A stretch of DNA of 64,000 nucleotides from Macrostomum hystrix (lineage: Eukaryota > Animalia > Platyhelminthes), in NCBI GenBank assembly GCA_950097015.1, contig CATNEN010000011.1, forward strand, positions 5,208,001 to 5,272,000. Reading direction: 5' to 3'. The notes beneath the pieces were generated by a model. The model had not been told where the DNA came from. It did no database searches and saw nothing but the letters and a program-made list of their open reading frames with translations. Positions 45,798 through 56,706 of this stretch are shown piece by piece (the first letter of the stretch is position 1; every line of letters starts with the position of its first letter). The translations under genes and the position numbers were made by a program.

Positions 45798-47579
45798 GGT
45801 TGATGGTCATTTCGTCTGCCGCCTTTTCATCTGCCGCCTTTTTGTCTGCCAATATATGATATAGTCGTTTCGTCTGCCAATATATATAATATATAAATCA
45901 GAATAACTAATTATGTCATCAAGCTTCGCATGGAAGTGTAATGTAAATGTCTTATTAATTATAATTTATTATAATGCTAGGATTTTTCTGAAAGTTCTGG
46001 AGCTAATATGTTGCATATAAATACACAAAGCCAGAAGCAAATATCTCCAACCATTTAGTTTCCTTCCAACTTTCTTTTTTTCGTGTATGTAAACTCATAT
46101 GCAATTTATTCACGAATACAAGTAGCTTAAATGCACAAAGTGTAAAATGTAAAATGTAAAAACATCACAAAATGACTAACGTCACAAAGCAAAACATCAA
46201 AAAACTGTTTCGACAGTAATTCATCATGACAGACACTTGCCTAAGACAGCGCCACAGCACTGTTGCCACAGCGCTGTAGGAGCTCATAGCTGGTCAGCTT
46301 GCGAGCTGCATAGTCGGCCCAAGCAGCCTGTAGCGCCACATCGCGCCTGTGTCGGACATTGATGGTGCATGGAGCAGGAATAGGTGCCAGCTGTCGAATT
46401 TTTAGGCCCAAAATGCAGGCCTGTTCAGCCAGGACACCAATGAGGGCAAAAATGTTCATGCGGACACCAGCACGCTTGCACAGGCCCAAGTGCCATCCCT
46501 CAATGGCATTGTTCGTCCTGTCCATCTGCTGAAAGGCTGATAACGACTGCACAGACCAGACTGGGTGCAACAGCCATGTCTGGTCGACATAGTTGCACAG
46601 CTCCATTAAAGGCTGTGTCGTCGCCTGTGGTCGCAGTTGCTCGAAAGCTGCCTCCATCTGCCCCGATGGAAGGTAAGGCAGTGCCATCAGTTGGTGGCAC
46701 AGCGTACACGTGACAGGATCAGCAGCATAGGCTGGATGAGGCCCAGTAGCCCGATACGACGGTAGACAGCTTGGCAGCTTGAAACTCACCGGCACGGCTA
46801 CTGACAACCTCCTCGGCGAGTGCTTTTGCTGATGTATACTTTGCTCTCTTAGCAGCCTGCTTCACTTCTAGAGCCACCTCCTTGCGCAGACCACCATCTA
46901 TGTTTGCCTCACATATGTGCTGCTTCCTTGGATGAAACGTGCCCCCTGGGGATTCCGTGATGCTGCCACTGCATTTAATTGTGCTATTGAGAGTCACGCA
47001 CTTCCAATACTTTGAACCCCTTTTTTCCTCCATTGCATCCGAGGATGAATCCTTGCGAAGAGATCAGTAGATCCCCTCCGCGCTTGCTGGCTTAAATTTA
47101 AAAGGCTTCAAGGCTTCATCACTTCATCAAGGCTTCAAGGCTTCAAGAGCGAATCATCACCACCCTCCCTCGTGCTTATTTTTTAAGTTTTATATTTCGG
47201 TAGAATAATTTGCGTCTTTTAGTTCGATGCGCAAATTACTCTACTAGCAGTAGTCTGGGTCGTACAGTCTGTTTACAAATTACACATGCGTCCATGGTGA
47301 AAAAATTATCAAGAACACCACTTTCTCAGAAAATAACTTCGCATCTATGTGTCGAAAGTATTATATAGGTTAGTTAGGTTTTGTAGAAAATGAAGAAAAA
47401 CAAAATGTATCAATATAAATAAGAAAACATACTTAAAACTTGCTTATACTAATTTATTTTAATTCCCTACATAAAAAATACTAAATAAGTGAACCAAAAT
47501 AAACATAAATAAAAAAGTCATTTCGTCTGCTAAAATTCTTTGGCAGACGAAAAGGCGGCAGACGAAATGACCGCAGACC
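45798..47579 (-). mobile_element. Internally deleted Mutator-like (MULE) DNA transposon
   Basis: TIRs ggttgatggtcatttcgtctgccgccttttc / gaaaaggcggcagacgaaatgaccgcagacc; 8-bp TSD ctccaatg (45790-45797, 47580-47587); FLYWCH-like Zn finger (YWKC..C..H.C, 46719-47033); MULE C-terminal region (LMALPYLP..NYVDQTW..RTNNAIEGWH, 46241-46750); no DDE core between them. Confidence 0.85.
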
Positions 47580-48760
47580 CTCCAATGTACCCCATATAAT
47601 GGGTATCCCAAGAAAGGGTAACACTTTGTGTGTGAGTGATCCATTTTGCCTGTCACCCTGTAGTTCAACAGTTCATATATTTAAAAATCAAAAGCAAAGT
47701 TTTTGCATTTTTGTTATAAAGCATAACCTTTAACTTGTAAAAAACATGGAAGTAAGCTTTACATTAATTGTCAAAATTTAGATGCATGCATGGATAACTA
47801 TTATGACTATAACTATTATCAATAACATATGTAACTTGTTTAATTTTTGTGTATGTCACAATGTAAACATCAGATACACCAAACATGTGTGCCAAAAGTC
47901 CTAAAATCACTTTTTGTATGCCAAATTTTTAGTGTACCCCAGAAATTTCAGGATCTTCTGGACTATGGCAGGCAGCTAAGTTTTTGTTTATAAATATAGT
48001 TGATTACTAAAAATGCTAAATTGAAATTGTGTGCTAATTTTTATGTGACATAGTAACTTTTAAAATCCTATGTATGCTCAAAAAATAAGGAAATGTATAA
48101 AATAATTTAAACATGTATCATAAACACACAAACATGATGTAGTATGTTTCATGTTCATATTTAGGTTTATTTTATATATTCATGAATCCATCAATGATTT
48201 TATTCCATTCCAATTTATTAACACTCCTTCTCATATCTTCATTTTCATAAAATGTGTTAATAGTTTTAGCACCAGTCTCAAAAATCATGGTGCCAATTTG
48301 GCACTAAGGGTTTAATTCTGAGGTGCTCAATGATATTTAGGTGAGCCATAGCACCAATTTGGCAAAACCCCCAGGCCCTTAGTTCATTATGATCTGGCAA
48401 CAAAACCATGAAAAAAAATTTACCTGCTAGTAACATGTGTTAAAACATAAAATAGATAAATTTTGTCTAGATTTTTATAACGGCAGTCTTATAGTCAGTC
48501 TTGTGTTTACAAAAGCTGTTTAGCTAGCTTTCATGTATATTGATGTACATTTACAAATTACATTGCAAAAAGCTGCAACTCACTAGCTGTAGTTTTAAAT
48601 CATTTTTCTTGCAATTTGTTCAACCAATTATCACAATTTCTTTGTTACAGACAAAGAAATCAATTATTTCAGAAAACATTTAACATTTGTCTTCTAAATT
48701 TGTATAATCAACTATTTTCAGCAGTGATATTTTCAACAGTATCGAATCTGACATCAGACA

Positions 48761-50859
48761 ATGTCCACTGAGGAAGCCCAAGTCCTGCAGATTACTGAGG
48801 GCATCACCAAGCGGATAATCAGCAGTGCACAATTAACTGAGTCAAGTGCTTCGGCCCCACCTTACCCGCCAGAGAGTCACTTTGCATTCGATTTCGTCAT
48901 CAAAATCGCATCTAGCGGTGCTGTGCTAGACGACTCCAGGAAGCACCCGAATCGTCCGGTGTCGCTCTATAATGGACGCGGATTTCAAATCACATTCTGG
49001 GAGACCTGCTTGGAGACCATGCGACAGGGAGAAGTGGCCGAATTCATTGTGGAGCCAGATCTGCTGTCTCTATTTCCTGTGCAGTATAGAAAGCTCAGGG
49101 ATTATTTGCTGGATAGGAAGTCGGCTCATTGCTGCGGAATGGCCGGCGTTCGCGACGGCGGCGGCCTCGGGTTAGTTGGGGTTGGGGCGACAGTTTTCCT
49201 TAAAATATTACCTTAAAGTGGCATGCTATTATAATAACAGCAAAAGCGCTACGGGCAATGGCACATCATTTGTTGACACTTGACTTCCAGCCAGCGAGGA
49301 GGCAATTCTGCCCATTTCGCTGACTCCTGAGCGCACACGCACACAGATACCGTACGCAGGCACACGCTCACACGGGTGTGAACATCTGCCCTGACTTTCT
49401 CATCGTCAGGCAGTGCTGTGCCTTGGAGGGTGGCTCTCAATGGCTTACAGTGCATGACAAGCCCCCAAGCCTTCTCTCCGCGGCTGCGCCCCAATTATTG
49501 TGGCCTCGACGCGGAATCAAACTCGGGATCTTGGTGCGTGAGGCAAACTCACCAAGCACTTTGCCACTCTGCCATTCACCACTATTAGAAAACACCAAGT
49601 GAATGTAAAAAGCCAGGTGGCCTTGAAGCCCAACCCGGGTCACGTGACCTTGTTAAGCAGGCTTTCTTATTTAATTGTCATCTCTTGCAGCTACGCCGAC
49701 CTGGACGACCTCATGGGCCGACCTCAGCGTTTGCTATTCGAATTTCATCTGCGCGAAGCCAAGCTGCCGCACGAGTTCCGCAAAGAAGCCTGGATAATGC
49801 GACCCGAGGAGAAGCGAGCCGCACTGCCGCAGCTCAGGCAGGAGGGCAACGATTTGTATAAGGCTGGCAAGACTGCTGACGCGGCTGCCAGATACACAGA
49901 GGCGCTGGCAATGCTGGAGGATCTGTGCGCAATGGAAAGGCCACAGGATACCAAATGGTTGGAGCTGGACAAGGCCAAGGTGAGTGGCGAGATTCTTACT
50001 GATTGGCCTGTAAATATGTGATTGGAGAATGATCAAAGCAAGGGTGGACTCAGAAGGCGATGGGTAGACTCAGAAGGCGATCAGTAGACTCAGAAGGCGA
50101 TCAGTAGACTCAGAAGGCGATGAGTAGACTCAGAAAGGCGATCAGTAGACTCAGAAGGCGATCAGTAGACTCAGAAGGCGATCAGTAGACTCAGAGGGCG
50201 ATCAGTAGACTCAGAAGGCGATCAGTAGACTCAGAAGGCGATCAGTAGACTCAGAAGGCGATGAGTAGACTCAGAAGGCGATCAGTAGACTCAGAAGGCG
50301 ATGAGTAGACTCAGAAGGCGATCAGTAGACTCAGAAGGCGATGAGTAGACTCAGAAGGCGATCAGTAGACTCAGAGGGCGATCAGTAGACTCAGAAGGCG
50401 ATCAGTAGACTCAGAGGGCGATCAGTAGACTCAGAAGGCGATCAGTAGACTCAGAAGGCGATCAGTAGACTCAGAAGGCGATCAGTAGACTCAGAAAGCG
50501 ATGGGTAGACTCACAGGGGTGTTCTCCAGTAAATCTCGGCCGCTCCTCAGGTGCCATTCCTGCTGAACCTGGCCCAGTGCCAGCTGTTGCTAGGCGACCA
50601 TTACCAGACCATCCGGCTGTGCACCGAGGCCCTCAGTCGCGAGCCAGACAATGTTAAAGCACTCTACCGTCGGGCAAAAGCTCGTGCAGCCGTGTGGGAT
50701 GTTGACGAAGCGCGTCAGGATTTCAATAAGTCGGCAGAGCTGGACCCCAGTCTGGCTGGGGCCTGCGAGTCAGCTGTTCGCGACCTGAATAGCCGGCTGC
50801 GCGAGAGGGACCGGTTAGAAAGAGAACAGCTCAAAGGCAAGCTCATTGCCAGCGAGTAG
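48761..50859 (+). CDS. AIP: AH receptor-interacting protein-like (FKBP-like domain + TPRs); exons 48761-49170, 49691-49979, 50551-50859
   Basis: VLDDSRK..P..L..GR.F....WE.CL.TM..GEVAEF, HCCGM, G|YADLDDLM..PQ.L.FEF, LRQEGNDLY, PFLLNLAQC.L..GD.Y, NVKALYRRAKA.AAVW; GT-AG phases consistent. Confidence 0.93.
49250..49480. mobile_element. Dispersed repeat family B in AIP intron 1
   Basis: Core cagccagcgaggaggcaattctg...gataccgtac..ggcac; also at 62450-62690 (same strand) and 2350-2560 (inverted). Confidence 0.75.
50050..50513 (+). repeat. 20-bp minisatellite (gatcagtagactcagaaggc) filling AIP intron 2
   Basis: Tandem copies. Confidence 0.96.
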
Positions 50860-51260
50860 CCCTGCTCACATTAACTTGTCATTTTTTAATGTTCACCCTT
50901 CTTGTCACTCAACTCAACATTCGTCGCACATAGTTGCAATCTCAAACGCTTTGATAACTATCATCATTGGAATTTTTTTTGATTCGATCTTGTAATATAT
51001 TATCTTCTGAATATACTGTATTATTCTGTTATCCTACTGTCTTTCTGTATGGAAATTGAATCAGTTTCAATGCTTTTTTGGGTTGAAATTATCCCAAAAT
51101 AGTTTCTTTTAAAATTCAGTAGATCTCATTAATATTTACTATTATAGTTTGAACCATATGCTCACAGCTTCTGTGCTTTTTATCTGTTATTTAGTTGTCT
51201 GTTGTCTGCACACATTGCTTGCACATTGTCAGTTTTTACTGTTTCATCTGTTCTTTAGGT

Positions 51261-51890
51261 TAGGGGGTCGGGAATCTCCGACCTAACGGCTTGGCGATTC
51301 CAGTAAGATTCAGACCAGACAATGCTATCTTTCTAGTGTTATCTTTCCCCATGCCATTACTCCTGTTTCTCATCTATCCTGTGTCTTATCTCTCCTGAGT
51401 CTCATCTCTCCTGAGTCTCATCTCTCCTGTGTCTCATCTCTCCTGTGTCTTATCTCTCCTGAGTCTCATCTCTCCTGAGTCTCATCTCTCCTGTGTCTCA
51501 TCTCTCCTGTGTCTCATCTCTCCTGTGTCTCATTTCTCCTGTGTCTCATCTCTCCTGTGTCTCATCTCTCCTGTGTCTCATCTCTCATGTCTCTCATCTC
51601 CTGTATCTTTTCCCTTCTGTGTCTTATCTCCCCTGTGTCTCATCTCTTCTGTATCTCATCTCTCCTGTGTCTCATCTCTTCTGTATCTCATCTCTCCTGT
51701 GTCTCATCTCTCCTGTGTCTTATCTCTTCTGTATCTCACCTCTTTTGTGTCTCATCTCTTCAGTGTCTCATCTCTTCAGTGAATCCTTTTTGTCTTTTTT
51801 TCTATCTTATATTTTTATTGTCTTATAATTTATTTCTTGTAAGCCCTAAAATTTGGATACAAAGTTGCCGGCACTTGCTCTAAGTTTGAC
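51261..51890. mobile_element. Probable diverged hAT-MITE copy with an internal 16-bp minisatellite (gtgtctcatctctcct, 51370-51780)
   Basis: Left end tagggggtcgggaatctccgacc resembles the reverse complement of the 21903 terminus; the array is related (inverted) to the 21340-21790 array. Confidence 0.5.
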
Positions 51891-51904
51891 AGTAGGACTA
51901 CCAA

Positions 51905-52420
51905 GCCATTTTGCCGCCCGTTTTTATACCAAGGGGGGATTTCTCCCCCCTGAAATTTTTTTTGGCAGCGCCCGAATGCTAACAGCGTTGGGTGGTGACT
52001 GATTGGTTGACAGACTAGGCAATGGTGTCCTGTGGTTGAGCTGCGCCTAATATTTTGGCTTGAGCATTGAAATTTAAGAAATTCGCGTCAGGGTGTCCAT
52101 AGTAGCTTAGTTCCACCTGTTGTAGCCCTTCAAGGTCCAGCAGTCTGTCTAGATAAAGGTAGGTGACCACCGAAGACGGAGATGATGCAGGCACACTCGG
52201 GTGACATGCTGATAAAGTTTGAAGGCCTGGCAAGGCCGCACTGAGGCGCTGTGCAAATTCGTGTATAGGGGTGTATGAAATACACTAGCTCTTATGGGAA
52301 AAATCGGACCTTCGGCCAGAAACATTGAATATCTCGACGGTCTGAAGAGCTGGCGACTCGTTTCTTGTTTCAGAAGATGCGCAACAAAAAGTTAGCCCGT
52401 GTTCTTGAGTTTCGTGTGCT
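51905..52420. mobile_element. Dispersed repeat family A, longest copy
   Basis: Co-linear with 13321-13710 and carries extra internal sequence. Confidence 0.7.
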
Positions 52421-53119
52421 TGCATTGTTCCGTTCGGGTGCAGCAAAAAAAATTGTCTGGGTGGATCCCCCCCTTAGTAGTTCTACTGTTAATAATCATG
52501 ATCAGAATTCGTTTTTTTACGTTCTAAATTTTGTTTCAATTTACCTGAGCTATTCATGTTTCATATATTGCGCTCGTAGTTGTTCTAGCATTTCTAATAG
52601 CTAAAAATGAGTATCATTTGTTTGACTAGTGTCCAATTTCTTATGAAAATTGTTTCCTTTGACAGGAACATGCAAAATTGTATATGTACTGAGATACACC
52701 AATTCCAGACAAATATACACATATCAGAAACTCTATCGATAAACGCTCCATTTGCGTAGCTAGCACTTTAAGATTAAAAATTGAGTCTATTCAGCTTCTG
52801 TTATTTTTGCTAGTTTTTTGTTTATATAAAGTGACGTGCTTGAGAGAGGTAAAAATTTCTCCCTGAAATACAAACTAAACACCTCAAAATTAATAACCGG
52901 TTTGTACTCTCTCTGATTGAAGCATTTGCCCGCAGTCCCCAGTGACGCAAAGTCTCCGACTTAGTTTATATCTTTTGTTCGGTGTCACACTGGAATGTTC
53001 CTAAGTATATGTTCGCATATGACAAACATTTTGAAAGCTAATAGCCATACTGCCGCATTATGGCACTTGACCCGACACTAGTCTCTTTCCGACTCTCTTT
53101 CCAGACCTCGAATCTGAAA

Positions 53120-54721
53120 ATGCAGCGTGGAGACTCCAGCGACAGCTTGAGTTCCGAAGGACCTCCTGAAGCCACTCCAATCTGCGTCGTCTGCCAAAAA
53201 GCTGCAGTCGGCCGGGGTCCGTTCTCCGAGCGCTACCTGTGCTCGGAACACCTGAGTGTTGATGTGGCGGATGCCCTCAAGCTGAAGGAGAAGGTCGCTG
53301 AGAAGCTGCGTGCCTACCCACAAGCCGAAGCTGCAGGTGGCAGTGCAGCAGGTGGTGGAGGAGATTGGATTCACGAGATGGAGGAGCAGCTGCGACGGGC
53401 GAAGCAGCTGTTTGAGACAATGCGGAGATACCTGGATTCGAGTGAAGATCGACTGACAGGCCTGATGACAGCTCGGATTGAGACAGCGCGTGTGTGGCAG
53501 CGCGACATGGACGATGTGAGAAGCTACAGGCAGGAGACGGCGATGGCGGAGGCTGCAGGAGACATGTCGAAGCTGGTCGAGCTGACGATGTCCATGGAGT
53601 TGTCGCTCGATGACTTGAAGGCGGACTTTGATCGGCTGCAGAAGTCGCTGGAGGAGAGCTTGGCAGCGGAGCAGCAGCTGGAGCGACTGGGGCAGGTGTC
53701 GGAGCAGTTCGGCAGAGCGTTGGCTCGTGTGAACGGGACCGCTGAGGGCTGGAGAGACGCTGAGGTCAGCGCGGCACCCGAGGAGATCGACGACGCAGTG
53801 AAGGCGATGGCGAGACAGGCATTGTTCGATCCGATTGTGTTCAGTCACGAGGTGAAGCTGGATGGCTCGGTTCAGTGGCTGGCGGTGTGCAGCGACACCA
53901 GCGGATTCGTTGGTGACCGCTCAGGCCGTGTGGTGGCCGCCGAGTCAGCGATTGACGGCGGTGAGGCTCTGCCTCAGCCCTGCATCTTCGCATCAGTCTA
54001 TCGCAAAGACCACCTTCAGGCGCTGTCTGTGGACGGCTCGAAGAAGCTGCGGTGCCACTGCGACATCGACTGGGAGATGCACATCAGGGGCCTTCACTGC
54101 GACCGTCAGCTGCTGTTCATCGCTCAAAAAGACGCAGTGACAGTGACGGACCTGAGCGGTCGGAAGGTGCGTCGAATCGAACCACAAATCGAGGGCTTTC
54201 ACGAAATCTTGGGAATCGGCGGCAACGCAGCCTCCGTGTTTGTGTCTTGTGGCAACAAAATTTTTGCATTCAGCAAAGCGACTGGCGAGATGGAGACGGT
54301 CATCTCGCTGTCTGAGCTTCCTGATGCTCTACTGTATAACCTGGCAGTTCAAGACAACTGCATTCTTGTAATAGACTGGAAGTACAAGCAGGTGCACAGA
54401 GTGCGCATTGACACCCAGCAGGTGGTCGCCACCCACCCGACTGAGCACTGCGGGATCAAAGAGTTTGCTGTGCCATTTGGTGTGGCCGTGGACAGGAGAG
54501 GCCGCCTGTTTGTCAGTGAATATCAAGGTGACTCAGTGCGAGCAGTGGCTGCAGACGACGGGTCGCTGCTGTGGACTCTGGGGGTGCCCGGCAAGAGCGG
54601 CAGCTGTGACGGAAGACTCTATATTCCATGCGGTCTGGCGGTGGTGACCGGAGGTTCGCGCGAGCAGCTGGTGGTAGCTGACGCTGGCAACAGTCGACTG
54701 TTGGTGCTGAATTTGGAGTGA
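53120..54721 (+). CDS. Degenerate B-box / coiled-coil / NHL beta-propeller protein (TRIM-NHL-like, no RING), copy 1, 533 aa
   Basis: CVVC-x15-CSEH, long heptad-rich region, NHL motifs (FAVPFGVAVDRRGRLFVSE, GRLYIPCGLAV, LVVADAGNSRL). ATG at 53120 follows a pyrimidine tract-CAG acceptor and aligns with copy 2. Confidence 0.85.
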   Translation: MQRGDSSDSLSSEGPPEATPICVVCQKAAVGRGPFSERYLCSEHLSVDVADALKLKEKVAEKLRAYPQAEAAGGSAAGGGGDWIHEMEEQLRRAKQLFETMRRYLDSSEDRLTGLMTARIETARVWQRDMDDVRSYRQETAMAEAAGDMSKLVELTMSMELSLDDLKADFDRLQKSLEESLAAEQQLERLGQVSEQFGRALARVNGTAEGWRDAEVSAAPEEIDDAVKAMARQALFDPIVFSHEVKLDGSVQWLAVCSDTSGFVGDRSGRVVAAESAIDGGEALPQPCIFASVYRKDHLQALSVDGSKKLRCHCDIDWEMHIRGLHCDRQLLFIAQKDAVTVTDLSGRKVRRIEPQIEGFHEILGIGGNAASVFVSCGNKIFAFSKATGEMETVISLSELPDALLYNLAVQDNCILVIDWKYKQVHRVRIDTQQVVATHPTEHCGIKEFAVPFGVAVDRRGRLFVSEYQGDSVRAVAADDGSLLWTLGVPGKSGSCDGRLYIPCGLAVVTGGSREQLVVADAGNSRLLVLNLE

Positions 54722-55399
54722 GGCGTCACTGAGCGCAGATGAACCTGAGACTTTGCAGGAGTTTGTTGGCTATTTTTTACTAATTTGTTTCTGCTATTTG
54801 CAGTTTTTATTAAGGAAAAGATAAATTTAAGTTATTTATTATCTATGACTTGAAAGCGAATGTTCAGCTTGACGTGTTAAAGATTTAGTTTCCACTGTTT
54901 AACTTATTCAAATTGCTTCTAAAAATATAGCAGAAAGCTGGAGCCCCTAAGAGCAGTTTTAATTCAGATTTAATATAATGCAATAATCAAATGCATCGAA
55001 TTGTTTTCATACGCAGTGGATATTTCCTACTGAGTCTTTGAGAATCAAATTCAGCCTGCATTAGTACCAACTGGCTAGTATCGAGGCTATAACTGTTTTT
55101 AGGCACATTTATGTTCATTTCTACACGGAAATTTCTGCACTTTTTTGCAATAAAAAATCAAGAAATTACCATTTCTTACATTTGATATTTGAAATTCAGA
55201 ATTTGAAAAGTTAGAAAATATTAATTGTTTACTTTAATTTCTTAACTGTTTTTTATTCAGTGTTCAGAAACGTAACAAAGTACGGAGCGACACTTTTAAT
55301 TTTTGACAGAATAAAAAAAGATATACTTGTCTAACAATTAGTCTAACAGTGGATCTCATGTCTATCAAGTGGATCTCCTGTCTAACAGTTGGATCTCCA

Positions 55400-55710
55400 C
55401 AGACACAAGCCACAGCTGAGAGAGAAGCCACAGCTAAGAGAGAAGCCACAGCTGATCAGTGAGAAGCCACAGCTGAGAGAGAATCCACAGCTGAGAGAGA
55501 AGCCACAGCTGCGAGAGAAGCCACAGCTGAGAGAGAAGCCACAGATCAGTGAGAAGCCACAGCTGATCAGTGAGAAGCCACAGCTGATCAGTGAGAAGCC
55601 ACAGCTGATCAGTGAGAAGCCACAGCTGATCAGTGAGAAGCCACAGCTGATCAGTGAGAAGCCACAGCTGATCAGTGAGAATCCACAGCTCAGAGAGAAG
55701 CCACAGCTGA
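55400..55710 (+). repeat. 16-21-bp minisatellite (gagaagccacagctgatcagt), short version
   Basis: Tandem copies at the end of duplicate unit 1. Confidence 0.95.
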
Positions 55711-56706
55711 GAGAGAATGCCAACAATGCTTTTACAGCCCAGCCCACTGCGGTTTCTGGCTCTGAGAACACTGAATGGACTGACAGACTGCCTGTGCTGC
55801 ATTCTATTGTTCCAGTCACTTGACCCACGGTTGACCAGCCTTACCCATGACAGACAAGCATGACCCATTAACAGTTTTAACAGGCTTTAGGTCAGGAGAC
55901 ATTTTTCCCATCTATTATACGCACGCCACTCTGAATGCTGAAGGCGGAGAGCCTAGGCCCTGCCCGAGCCGTGCCGCCGCCATACCAGCATTGCTCACTC
56001 TTGGACAATGTCCTCAATGAATTCTGCTGCGCAAGCGAGTCAGCCATCTCACAGTCCAAATCTACTCAACTAGTGAGTACTTCTCTACCACAGTACACCT
56101 GGCCAAGTGCACCGCCAATTCATTTGAGCACACTCAACCCAATGTACATTACAATTGTGAGCAGTTGCAGGCAGAGTTGGTTGCTCAGCTGTGCTCACAG
56201 CTACTCAGAGCCGGCCGTCTCTGTCCCAGCAGCAAAGAAATGCACGCAGCCCCAGAAAGTATTTTGAATTCGCGCTGCAACTGCGAATAAACAAAAAACG
56301 AATTTCACATTCACTGATCTTTGCCGACACACTGATCTGGCGGTGCAGAGCAGCTCAAGAATTTCATTGTGCTCTGCAATACCATACCAGACTCGATCAG
56401 GCTTCTGACTGTTGCTATGGCAACAGAGGTGAGTTTAACAGACACGGGGCTGACATAGCAGTCATCTCAAACTCCTGAGCACAGATTCCGATTGCTGTCT
56501 GATTGAAACTCATTCGCACCTGAGCGTCAGCATTGCTTCGGTTACGGCAGTTCTGCAACTTTTCTGCCTCACAGCATTCTGAGGTAGCGAGTTGAAGTTG
56601 AGAATTTTTGACACTGATATAATATTAGAGTTCTGGCAGATTCCAGCAGCAGTCTTCAACTCACACGGCCTCTTTCCGTCTCTCTTTCCAGACCTCGAAT
56701 CTAAAA

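Noticed and set aside
53060-53119. Longer N-terminus (MALDPT...) for NHL copy 1
   Set aside because: It overlaps a pyrimidine tract/acceptor and is absent from copy 2; ATG 53120 is the shared start.
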